Shown here: piece by piece, positions 25,211 through 38,600 of the stretch
Layout: every line of letters starts with the position of its first letter
Position numbering within the stretch: position 1 is the first letter of the stretch
Translations under genes and position numbers: made by a program
Notes under the pieces: generated by a model
The model's input: the letters and a program-made list of their open reading frames with translations, nothing else
What the model was told of the DNA's origin: nothing
Database searches by the model: none
Assembly: GCA_964016885.1 (NCBI GenBank)
Contig: OZ024740.1
Location: 91,140,001-91,204,000, forward strand
From: Eledone cirrhosa
Lineage: Eukaryota
Reading direction: 5' to 3'
Length of the DNA: 64,000 bases

Positions 25211-26369
25211 CATATATATATATATATATATATTTTGATATACATACACATAGAGAACTCTTCTTTCCCTTACACTTCCTACGGAAATACTTCATATATA
25301 TATATATATATATCATATGGATAGTTCGTTTCTGTTATAAGCACAATGCCAAACATTTTGTGGAGAAGGGACAGTCAATTAAACCGACACACTGCGTTAT
25401 AGAATTGTATACTAGCAGTAAAACCGAGCCTTGCTCAGAGCTGCTCAGTAGCTGTGTTAAAGTTACAATGTTAAGTTCCTTTCTCGGTTTAAAAACTGTA
25501 GAGTTTACAGTAGACTTTCATGTGGTACTTTTGATTAATATTCCCTCAACCAACAGTATGCCTGATGAAGTCAAGAAAACATAACCATAACCCGAATGTT
25601 AAAACAAAAGAGGATGCTGGGGATAAAAACTGCTCTGTTAATCTATTAACAAAAATCGAAAGTGTAAACAGTGCAATACTTGTGTCAGAGAAATACATCA
25701 GCCTAACCAAACTATCAGTTATTTTGAATCAAAGAAATTGGATGGACTTAAATAACGAAAGAAAAATGCGTTATGCGAAGTCGAGGGGGAAGACAGCATC
25801 AAAGAGGTTCGCACCTGTGATAACAAATATTGACAATGTAATAGCGTAGATGTTTAAGTATAAACTATGAAGAGCTCATAACATACCCATGGTGAGTTTG
25901 ACGGGCAGATTAAGACAGCCACTACATGCTAAATGGACAGCTGCAGCAAAATCCATATTCACCAAAAAGAATCGCTTAAGTCAACAAAACAGAAATGCTT
26001 CTCCCATTCCATCTTCACATGCAATTGAGAATTATGACGAAAGTTTACTTCGACGCACCAGAGATGCTGTTCTTGCGTGTTGTCTAGGTCGGAATGCATA
26101 TTGAAACAATGAAAGAAATGACGGGAACAATCTTTGTATGTATGCGCCAAGTTGTGTGTGTCTATGTATTAAACGACAGAATTGTCAGCGACTGGAGGAG
26201 CGTCCTTAACAATAGAAAGCATCGATTTCAGTGTCCGCTTTGCTTTGCGAGCAATGCTGGTCCTTAGAGCCCTAGGTGTCAATAGAATGCACTGCATCTA
26301 TGTTGAATACAGGTTTCATAGACTCTATATATTTAAGGCAGTCGGTGTAACATTGTCGTTTTGAACCAA

Positions 26370-29300
26370 ACAAAACCTATAAAATCTCACGGTAAACAAT
26401 ATTCTTTGTTTTCCCGTTTGGAGCTAAATAAAGAGGTTGTTCCGGTTGCCAACTCGAGAACATCCAACGTAGAATTCACCATGTAAAAAACATTGCTCCT
26501 CCAGGTGAGGTCCTGCCACAGAAAAAGTCTGACACTGGGACTTGTTGGTGGACATAGCAAAGGTAGCATGAAACGGAAATTGGGTTCTTTTAAAAGGATA
26601 GGGTGCATCCACTCCTGATGTAGTAAGAGTTACCGTAGGTATTAAAACATCTTCTCCTTTTCCACACCCCGACATAACCGTAGCATAAATAATGTGCTGT
26701 GATATCCTATTGACAACAAGGCGTGTACCAATGCAAAGCTTGGGAGGGGTTATATTCCTGAGAAGTATAACTGGACATCCTTCCTTGAGAGACAAATATG
26801 TTGAGGTAGACCGGGAATATCCAATGAATTGAGGAATTCAATGGGATAATTCACGGCATCATGTGCATCAACATTGGTATCAATAGACTTAAAAGTCTTA
26901 TCATTTCTAGGAAGATTTTCAATCATTTGGCGACGATTAATGGCGGAGACAGTGACATTTGTAGGAGCTAATATAGCCCTCTCACACAGCCATGTATGAT
27001 TGCGGTAATTATCTGCCAAGTTGGGAAAGGTACTTTGCCGTCGCCAAGAATGAGAAGGTCTTCAGCCAATTATTCAGACACAGTATCGCCATGTAGTTGC
27101 ACACGCATGAAGTGGCCCAAACTTTATCCGCTCTGGTGCTTTTTGGAATGACCGGCAAACTTTGTCGAAAGTCCCCTGAAAGCAACAGTGTTACACCCCC
27201 CATGGTCTCCTGACGGTCTCTAATGACTTTCAGTGTTCTATCTAAGGCCTCAATAGCTCCTTTGTGAGCCATGGTGCATTCATCCCACACAATCAGTTGG
27301 CACGGTCGTAGCAGTTCGGCTCTTGGACTATTCTTGGTGATGTCACAGAGCGGTGTTTCAGCTGATACCAAGTTAAGCGGAAGTTTAAAGGTAGAGTGTG
27401 CTGTTCTGCCGCCAGGAAGTAGTGTTGCTGCAATACCGGATGATGCAACGGCTATTGCAATACCTTCTTTCTGTCTAACTTTGGCAAGAAGAAGTTTAGT
27501 AAGAAAGGTTTTTCCAGTACCTCCAGGCAGAAGGTATCACTCCATCGATGACATTCATAGTCGGGAAGTAGTTTTGGTTCTATTTCAACCACATATCTAG
27601 CTAGAATGTCGACATCATAATATGTTTCTTGGATGATGAGAGTTGGAATTTTATTAGAATCAGGGCGGTGGGTTTGTGGCAGACCGTATGTTGGCAAGGC
27701 ATTCCCACCCATAAGGAAAATCCTGTCCTCTATGTCTATATGACCTTTATTGTATAAATAATCACTGAAATCTACTTCTATGTCAGGAAGTTGTAGTTGC
27801 GCCTGGTGCAGGAAGTCCTCTGACAGTTGGTTTCGAAACTTCAACCATAATGTGTAGAGATCACAAACGTTACATAAGTGAAGAATCTTTACAAAAAGCT
27901 CTCGCAGGCTTCCATCTGAATGTGATCAAGCGATTTCTGCCACGGTTACATCCCATCGTGAATCATCTTCAAGCATTCCACGAGCAAAACAGGCATCTCT
28001 GTATGTAGAACAAACACGATTACCGTAAGATCTGAGGTCCTGAAAGCGGGTCTGTCCTTTGACCTCATGCAGTAGCATTCGAAGATAGAATCACTCGTGT
28101 TGATTTGGAGGAATCGTATACACTTGCTCCAAGCAATTAGTGAATTTGATACCGGGAATTGCAAAAACTGGTTGGCCAGTCTTTCTGCGACTCCATGTTT
28201 TTTTTTATTCCATGTGTAATATGATGGCACCTGAGGATACAGCAAATGATTTTGCGATGTCATCGTATTCGCACAGTTTGAAAATTCCGGTTAAAGTTGT
28301 CTCCCTTGGGGTCTGTGCCAATTCAGCAGCATTTTTGTTCGTATAGTACATCCGTTGGCCGTGTTCTAGGTGTACATCTAATTTTACAATTGAAGGGTGC
28401 CTATCATGTATTGGAAAACCGAAGATTCGCCAGAAGGCCTCACTACTACTTATGTAGCGCCCTACTTGGAATTGCGTTACTTCGTCTCTATTGTTTTCGT
28501 TGAGTATACCGAACGAATCGGAGTCAGAACCTTTATTAACATACTTACATATGTATTTGATGCACTTGACGGAACTGAAGAATTCAATATTAATGTGTGC
28601 TTTGAAAATACTGAGCAGGAGTGGGCAATAGGGAATGATCCATCGGTTGTCAACCTCGCCATTCTTAACCCTTGCCCTAAAACCTCCCTATTAACGTCGC
28701 CTACCTCTATTTAATGGGTAGCCATCATTGCCTGTCTGAGTATCGCGAATAAATTGACTGAGAATTTTTTAGTGCATTATTTTATTGCCGGTAACGCATG
28801 GTAAATCAGTTCTAAAGCCAGGCCCACATGGACCATGCACCATATGTGCTAACTTTCATGTACAAGTCCTTGTCAGTGGAGGATCGGGTAATTCTGCAGA
28901 GATGATCCTGTCAATGTCGTTAGGACTAACCTTTGTTGTCAGCCAAACCAGAATATGAGCACGGGGAGGCTCATTTTTTGCCATTCGATTGTGTCACATT
29001 GAACTGGTCCGAAAACCTCACCTAATTTGATAAGATCCATAAGATTAAGTAGCTTAAGACGGAATACTCTAGCCGCGAGATCATGTCGGTGTGTGGCGTG
29101 CTGACGAGGAAGGAGTTCGCCCTCAATCTCCTTCCAATTGGGTTTACAAGAACAAGTTATAAATAAGTCTGGCCTGCCGTAATGTCGTACAATGAGCATG
29201 GCGTCTTGAGTCCTTTCATGCATATATCGAGGATTTCCTATGAAGGTAGATGGCAGAATGCGTACTTTTCCAAGACGCCCAGGATCCGCATCATTGTTCA

Positions 29301-31178
29301 TTCCATCATGAAGGTATATATAACTGTCACAATGCAACTTTTTTTTATTGAGTTTGATAAAACACAATATCTCACATTCCATTTTGCACACATGTCAGTT
29401 GCATACTGGTTGAAAAGGTCTTTAGAGCGATGGAGGTAACTAAAACAGTCATCTCAGATCATGAATCGGAATGCATAGAAGTCCTTGCATGAACCTGTTT
29501 TAGTAGAATGAACCTGTGAATTGGTAGATTTACATTGTGGAATGCCAAAATGGTATCCGTTCTCTCCATATACAAAAAGCAGTGGGTATTGGAGTGCGTC
29601 GTATGATCTGTGTGTTTCACTGATCCGTTGAAGTCCGTGGTCGCGATGCTTGATAACACTGCCACGTTTGCTGTGCTGATCACCAGCGAGAAGTATTGCA
29701 GCCTCATTGAAGAAGGTGAATTATAGCGGTCTGTATGTTCTCCATATGGCCACTTGTCAGCATCAATGACGACATAGTAATTGTCCACATGAGCTGTTTC
29801 TAACGTGTATTTGAAGCTCTGAACGTAGCTGTTATGACTATGAAGCATGTCCTGAAGTTCAAAAAGGAGCTCCAGTCTAGTATCAGAAGCTATTGAGTAT
29901 TTCCTTGTTGCTTGTGGACAGTCAATTGAGTTTTGAGTTTTTTTCTTTTGGGAAGGCAAATGTATTTCGCCTCGTAACTTGTTCAAGACGGTTGGGCATT
30001 AAGTAGACCCGAAGAAATGTGCGCTCTTTATTATCTACAGGCTCCAGCGATCCGAAAAGATAACAAACCTGACCTTGAACTTTGAATGTGGGCATAAATA
30101 CACCTTCATACTCATAACTCGATCCAAAAGATCGCATTTAGAAGACACAATTGTAATGTCGAATATCTTGAAGGAAACCTCTTGAGAGTGAATGGGTGCC
30201 TGTAAGAAGAAAGCCGCAATGGCTGTGGTGGATCCCTAGGAGGGTGCAATTTGATATTACCGTTAGAGCAGCACATTCCTGGTGGTTCACCCGGCCCCTT
30301 TTTGGCTTTGCAAAACTGGCAATTTCAGACATGCCGCCGATTTGAAGATGAGGGTGTGTAGCATAATTATTAGCGGGGACATAATTGAAAGCCTTCAATG
30401 ACCACTGTGATTTCGCAGCCCTCAAAATAGCCCGCTTACTGGCTTTATACTGAATCCCCCCCCCCTCTCAGTCGAATAGTTCGGATAGCTGCTGTCTCCG
30501 CTTCTCGCGCAGCTGCAGTAGCTGCCGCATCTCTGACCTGACAAATATCACGTTCAACACCATTCTCTGCACCACGCGCGGCTGCCGTAGCTGCTGCGTC
30601 TCTGCTCTGACGAAGATCACGTTCAACCTCATTCTCAGCAGCTCGCTCAGCTGCCCGCCGCGTCTCTGCTCTGACGAAGATCACGTACAGCATCATTCTC
30701 TGCAGCTCGTGTAGCTGCCGTAGCAGCCGCGTCTCTGCTCTGAAGAAGATCACGTTCAACATCATACTCTGCAGCTCGCGCAGCTGCCCTGGCAGCCGCG
30801 TCTCTGCTCTGGCGAAGTTTACTTTCAACATCATTCTCTGCAGCTCACGTAGCTGCTTTTGCCTTTGCATTTCTTGCAAGCTAGGGTTTGACGTTCCTCA
30901 TTATTCATGGCAGCATGTGAGGATGCAGTTGAAGAAGCATTTCTGGTGTGTCGAAGTAAACACTCGTCATCATTCTCAGTTGCATGTGAAGATACAATGG
31001 AAGCATAATTGTTGACCCATCGACTCAAGCAATGCTCATCGGCAGATACAGCTGTCGCATTCACTGAACACCCCACAATTTTAGGCAGTCTAATGCTCGA
31101 CGATGCCTCAGTCAGCCTCCTTCTTTTCGTTATCTGTGACCGAGTCCGTCGTAATAAGGGCATCTTCTTTTTAGGCAT
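26370..31178 (-). pseudogene. Helitron Rep (HUH) + PIF1-like helicase, fragmented
   Basis: Motifs MPTFKVQGQV, LPSTFIGNPRYMHERTQDAM..VRHYGRPDLFIT, IEWQK, GGTGKTF, WDECTMAHK, LLSGDFRQ, LCERAILAPTN, CPVILLRN and NKSQ.QT. Confidence 0.93.
30490..30860 (-). repeat. Coding tandem repeats of about 66 bp in the Helitron N-terminus (AENxxERDLRQSRDAAATAAAR)
   Basis: Repeated gtctctgctctgacgaagatcacgttcaacatcattctctgcagctcg units. Confidence 0.85.
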
Positions 31179-31344
31179 CAAGGTGGCGAGCACGATATGA
31201 GAAAGGAATCTGACAAATGTATCTTAAATGTAAAACAATGCGAAAAAATAAGTGTTGTGAATCATTCAATTTTGAAAATCAATTCGTCTAATGAGAAATG
31301 CACCCAAAATGCTATAAAATGTCATAGATGCATTAATATACAAA

Positions 31345-31538
31345 GGGCGGTGAATTGGCAGTATCGCTAGAGGGTTGGACGCCATGCTTTGATGCATAGA
31401 GTTACGGTTCTTGCCATTCTGAGTTCAAATCCCGCCTAGGTTATCTTTGCCTTTCACCCTTGCGGGGTCGATAAAATAAAGTACCAGTAATGCACTGGGA
31501 TAATTGCTGGCATTGTGCCAAATGTAGAAACAATTATT
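31345..31538 (+). mobile_element. tRNA-derived SINE, full length, inserted in the Helitron 5' region
   Basis: gggcggtgaattggcagtatcg...gagttcaaatcccgcc...gcctttcacccttgcggggtcgataaaataaagtaccag...agaaacaattatt. Confidence 0.85.
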
Positions 31539-32532
31539 TACAATGTCATTTTACATGAACATTTAGGGTAACCAATAATGTTGGCACGCCGTTCTTTAAC
31601 TTTGTTATAATTCAGTGATAACAGTGATTCAAAGGAAATGTAAACCTTTTAGAGAAATCAAAATTGCGCATAAGGCATAACATCTATATATGTACAAGAT
31701 CGGTTATGCTAATCAGGAGTTACTTGGAGCTGAACATTAAAAACATGGTCCTTAAAATAGTGCTTAAAAAATTGGTCGATTTCATTTCATGTAACTTTTT
31801 ATCAGATTTTGAGTGCATTTCTTAACCGATTATAATTTTACTGAAGAAATGGATACGAAATAGTTACGGCTACGGTAAAAACATGTCTAAGTGTGAAAAT
31901 CACTGGCATCGATGATGAGCTAAAGCTGATTAAAGAGCCAGTAGGGGTTCTTAGGTAACCCTGTATGTCGAGCTGAAATGCACAAAAATGGGCCATGATG
32001 GAAATAATCTGACTCCTTATTTGGATTGAAATTACCCAGATTGAACACTGAAAATAATCCAAACGTTTAATAGGGAAGGGTGAACTTACCAAGCAATGAG
32101 GTCTCTGACTTTTTAACGCTTTCTAGCATACACAGGTAGAACAGTGCAAATGAAACTACTAAAGAAATCGAACTAACAATTGAAATCCAATTTGAATGGC
32201 ATCTACTTATAAGAACAAGAATCAAAATGTCTAATTGTTTGCAATTTGAGGACATTTGTTATCTTCTGCGCGTACTATAAAAGGGAAATAACTCGTCAAT
32301 CATCTCTATTTATACGTTTGAACTGAAATATGAAAAAATTACAAATATGATTTTTGCACTTAGCGTGGGTCGATTTGAAAATGTTTTTTACCGATGTCTC
32401 CGCCAGACCTTCATCTATAAGTGTTGCAATTTCACCGAAATTTGAACGTACGGTTAAGGAGGAGATGGGTGCCGACCGTTTAGGTAGAGAGACAGACATA
32501 CAGACGACTTCAGTTTATATATAGAGATTACT

Positions 32533-32593
32533 GACCCGTAAGAATGAGAGGCAAATATTACCCTCAATGGGATTTGAACGCAGAATGTAAAGA
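32533..32593 (-). mobile_element. SINE fragment
   Basis: gacccgtaagaatgagaggcaaa...gggatttgaacgcagaa is the reverse complement of the SINE core. Confidence 0.55.
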
Positions 32594-32632
32594 AATGCAG
32601 TAAATAAATAAATAAATATATATATATATATA

Positions 32633-33524
<892 letters not shown>

Positions 33525-33529
33525 TATAT

Positions 33530-33808
33530 AAATGGAAAAAATGAAATTTCATTCCTCACTTTTAGTACGGCTGATACTTAAATATAAGTATGTATACGTA
33601 GATACATATATGTATACAGACGTACCATATTATGTGTATACATACATATATGCACACATATATATATGTACGTATGGGTTTACCGAACATCTATTATAAT
33701 GCTCGGATTGTTTGTAAACAAAGAGCCCGAATTATTAGTTGTACAATGTTCAGCAACCATCGTTGCCATTTTGTTCAATACTGACAAAGGAAGGATGAAC
33801 TAGTTTCA
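33530..33808 (-). mobile_element. Partial antisense copy of the 42893-43620 unit
   Basis: aaatggaaaaaatgaaatttcatt...gtacggctgatacttaaatataag...gatgaactagtttc is the reverse complement of the 43289-43620 unit. Confidence 0.8.
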
Positions 33809-33809
33809 A

Positions 33810-34195
33810 AATGCTTTTAATTAAGCATAAAGTGTATTGCAAAATACATTATATATGCATCCATATATATATTGCTATTTCAGAGCTCCAATTCTAATTT
33901 TTAATTTCTGCCTGACCAACAACCGCTCTGCATAATCAGCTCCTGATTATTTACTAGATTTCTATAAGAATATAACATCAATAATCTCAGCAAACAGGTG
34001 GGTAGTTGGCCTTGATAAGCTTCAACCAAAGCGAAACAAGTCTTGTCGGCTTATCTCCCCTGTTTGCTGACTTGTCACTACTTTAAAACAATAGCTTACG
34101 GTCTTCAGAATGCTTTTAATTAAGCATAACGTGTATTGCAAAATACATTATATATGCATCCATATATATATTGCTATTTCAGAGCTCCAATTCTA

Positions 34196-34199
<4 letters not shown>
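33810..34199 (+). mobile_element. Partial tandem of a unit of about 300 bp (same family as 5311-5617) with a degenerate HHR at 34009-34050
   Basis: atgcttttaattaagcataa...cagagctccaattctaatt at 33810 and 34110; gcc TTGATAA gctt-caacca-aagc GAAA caag-t-cttGTC ggc, enclosed by agcaaacagg/cctgtttgct. Confidence 0.72.
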
Positions 34200-34269
<70 letters not shown>

Positions 34270-35640
34270 TATTATTACATTGCTATATCGACAAATTACC
34301 CAGCTGCTAAATATATTGTTTGATTCCAATTGCTAAAAAACATCCTTCCTTAAAGAACAGATAATTTATAGAATAATTTTACCTTGCAGGAAATTATAAG
34401 TGGCAACATTGCAGGTTAAACACAGAAACGTGCTCCAACAACTAAGATAAAGATAACAGATTTTTTTGGACATCACAGTATATTTATGCTAGATATTCAT
34501 TACTCTCCAGTGATAAATATATATTCAGTTACTGAAAGTCATTGAAAGTTTAACAAAACCAGCGATCTGTTTTTTTTAAGCAAACGTAGACTTTTTCTTG
34601 CAATCTCTTTATGTATTTCTAATGTAGGGATTTCTACTGCAATCTACTTGAACATATAAACATGCGTATTTCCAAGGAAATTTGTAGAAGTTTGTACACA
34701 TGAATAGTGCTATAACTAACAATATATTCAGTAAAATGTGCAATAACAACAGGTAGACCTAACTATATTTTATCATAATAGATACATTGTTATCTAGAAA
34801 GATTATATATATATACATGAAAAAAGCACTCAACGAATCATCACCGATCACAAGCCTATGTAGGTGTGTGTATTACTAAAACAAAACTGAAGGACATATA
34901 TGTTTTGTATGAGGGGAAATAATGAGGTACTCATTAATAATTGTACTAAGGAAAATACATGATAAATGTTATACATCAACTAACAACAATAAAGTATGCA
35001 TATACAATATCATACATTCCCAAAGCGTAATATCTGATGAAGCATAATTAATGTATTTTATAATTACAAATATAATGAAATACAGATTACATTTGCTGTT
35101 ATAAATGAAGACTTCTACATATAATTTTCATAAAACATTCGCCGAATTAGACAAGAGAGAGCTGATCAGATACCAATAGATGTATGTAGTGTTAAAACAC
35201 ATTACATGCGTCCATACGATTCTCATTAAATTACCCTCTGAAATCTGCTATATAACTTCATTCTGTTATTCAAAGCTGGTGTCATCTTACTATCGCACGC
35301 AATATCCAAACAATCTTGAATTTTCTATGTTGGGCCCCACTATATAAAGTGTAATTTAACATTTTTCGGCCAATTATTTTAATAAATTCGTGTTCTTGTC
35401 AACTAATATATTACCAGACATATCCCAATAAAAATGTGTGCGTTGCATCATAATTCACCAACCGTTAAATAGTGAGATTCATTGGAACATTGCATATGAA
35501 ATAGTGCAGAAAATCTTTGAACAGAAAGAAATAGTGATCACACTATACACACAAGATAATACAAGTAGAAGAAGGAAATTTTGAAGAGAGAGAAATATGT
35601 GACATACAATTATATATATCTATATGTTTATATATATATA

Positions 35641-38600
35641 TCTATATATATAAAACAGAGGATGTGTGTTTGTCTGTGTGTGGGTGGATGCTACATTATT
35701 CGAGGTTGGCGTCTACACCGCTCGCCCGATCTCGTTCAAATTTGCATACATCACTCCTCATGACCCTTTACATTGCCTAGGCTACTTTGTTTTTTGATAG
35801 GTGCTCCCCAGTGGCCCGCAATCCACCTTTGTTGTCTATTGTGGGTGAAATCGGGGGATGAGGTTTCATTTTATGCACGCGTGAAAAATGTTTCCTTTTG
35901 AGTTTTTTGACCCGGTTTTTTTGCTAATATGGGTAGAAAAGAGTCTAAATTTTGTTGACGTGCTCGAATCATTTCGAAATTCGGTCGAGAGTGAAGCTCG
36001 ACGTCGAATCTCCACTTCGTATATAGAGAGACAGGAATAACAGGTCTTATAGTAACATTACCTTCCCCTTCCCCCTTCTTTAGAGAGAGAGAGAGGAAGA
36101 TAGAGAGAGAAGTTTTGGGTGTCAGAAATATTACATTCCCCTCTCCACTTTGGTCAGTGAGCGAACCACTGTTGCTATAGTAACATTACCTTCCCTCTCT
36201 CTCTTCTTTATTGAGCGAGAATATAGAGAGATAGACGTCGTTGGTGTTACAGTAACATTACCTTCCCCTCTCCACTTACTTTGGTCTTTGAGACCGAGGG
36301 AACCACTGTTGCTATAGTTACAGCTTCACGTGACACAAACCAGTTCCTGCCAGTTCTGACCACCTGGCACCAGTTGAGTCAGTTTTTGCTTTCTTTCGGT
36401 CGAGAAGTGGACACATTTTCGCCTTGAATAAAAAAAAAAACATTGCTGGACGGTTGGAGGTGGCAGCTTTTATTCTGTTTTGGCAAGACTGCTATCAAAA
36501 AATTCTGCAGACTCTTATCGTTGATTTGTGTGGCCTGCAAAGCTTTGGTTTTCAAACGCTACACTTGCTACTTGGTTAGGCTATGTGTAGACGTGTTCTT
36601 CACTCTCACTGCATTACATTTTGTGACCTGGCTTTCGGACTTTGCTATTCGCAGTACGTTTTTTGATTACTTTTTTCTTGCTTATAATTGTAACAATTTG
36701 TCACTTTGTTTTACCTTCCCCAAAATACTGCTTATCACCTTCGTTTTTATGCCTTTGCTCTAAACCTGCTTCCCCTATACTGTTTACTGTACAATTGCAA
36801 CCATGCCACTGAAAAGAAAGAGTACCTTAGCCATAGGAAAACATCGTCTGTTGTTTCAAAAAAGAGGCGATTGAATGAGCAGTCTACGGATGCCGGACTG
36901 CATTTTTGGCCACAAACCCCTGTTACTTCACTTTCAAACTTAAGTACCCCTATCACAGCCCAACCCAGCGCCTCTCTATCTACTGTTACCGCTTCGAATC
37001 ATGCCATTCTTAATTGTCGGAATGCAGTTGCAACAGCCGCCTCTAAGCCAGCAGAGAGTAACAGCCAAAAAGCTCTTCGTAGGGCGAGGAATGCTGCAAC
37101 TACTGCTGCTGCAAGGGCCTCCGAAACTAAACAGCAAAGAGCCACCAGACGGTCAAAGAACGCTGCTTCAACCGCCGCTCCCGTGCCGCAGAAACCGACC
37201 AGGAGACAGCCATCCGAAGCTCCAAGGACTCCGCCTCCACCGCAGCTGCCAGAGCATCCCAGACCGAGATACAGAGAGCCATCCGAAGGTCCCATAACGC
37301 TGTATCCACCGCCGCCTCCCGTGCCGCAGAACATCAAACAGCCCGCCGTGCTCGGTTGGACACAAACAACGCACGAAGAGACACCGCCAGAGGAACAACG
37401 AGTCCACATGGGTCATTTTGGCTTATGAAAGCTTTCAACTACGATCCAACAGTAAAATACTCCGACCGTACGGACATTCAACTAGGCAGGGTGGATGTCA
37501 TATGCACATTCTGTGGTGCAGAGAAGTGGCCCGGAGTACAACCTGGCCTGTGCTGCTCTAATGGGAAGGTTTCACTTCCTCCTTTGGCGGGCCCGCCAGA
37601 ACATTTGTGAGAACTTCTTAGCGGAGAGACCTCTACGTCAACAGACTTCCTTGGCAACATAAGGAAATACAACTGAGCCTTCCAGATGACTTCGTTCGGG
37701 GCCAAAATTGTCCGAGAAAGCGGGTGGATGCCAACCTTTAAGGTTCAGGGCCAGGTTTACCACTATGTCGGACCTCTACGGCCTGCGCCGTCAGCGCAAC
37801 CCGCCTTCTTGCAAATTTACTTCATAGCTGACTACATAAAGCAGGCTGACATGCGCTCATCTGTCATCCCAGCTGATGGCACTAGGGAGAACCTGGACAG
37901 AGACGTCCTCCTTGCGCTGCAGCAAATGCTACACTCCGAAAACAACTACGTGCAGAGCTTCCAGTACGCCTTGGAGACTACTGACCTGCCTAACTTCAAC
38001 ATTGTCATCGATGACGACAAAAGACCATCCGGAGAACACGCCCGTCGATTCAACGCGCCCACGTGCAACGAGGTGGCAGTCGTCCTTCACGGAGACCAGC
38101 ACAACCCCCCGGGATATCGTCATATCCAGCCGTGCAACTGGCCTCCACAGAATACGCGAAACACACCGATCCTACGACAGCCTCCAATACCCTCTACTTT
38201 TCCCCCGCGGGGAGGACGGCTACCACTTCAAGACTTCACACTGCCAGCCACACCATCCCTCCGTTGCTGCCGCCAAAAGGGTGCCCTGCAAGGAATTTTA
38301 CGCATACCGACTCATGCCTCGGAGAAACTGTTTCAACAGTTTGCACAGATCGCAGGACCTACTGAACGAATTTGCGGTGGATATGGCAGCAAAGATGGAG
38401 TCAGAACGACTGGCCTTCATTCGAACCCACCAACAGCAACTGCGTAGCGAAAGCTACATACACCTGTGAGACGGCTTGACCAACGACGGAGATCCCCGAA
38501 ACATTGGCAAGGTCTGCATCCTGCCTTCTACCTTCACTGGAGGACCTCGGTACATGCACGAGAGGACTCAGAACGCCATGACCTACATACGGGCCTACGG

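Larger units (their letters stand above)
25412..32527 (-). mobile_element. Helitron, full length but decayed, about 7.1 kb
   Basis: On -: 5' A|TCtctatatataaactgaagtcgtctgtatgtctg at 32527; 3' hairpin tgagc-aag-gctcg then CTAG|T at 25415-25412; Rep/Helicase remnants lie between. Confidence 0.85.

Noticed and set aside
35030-35090. CTGATGA...GAAA on +
   Set aside because: No convincing stem I or stem II; likely a chance match in AT-rich DNA.
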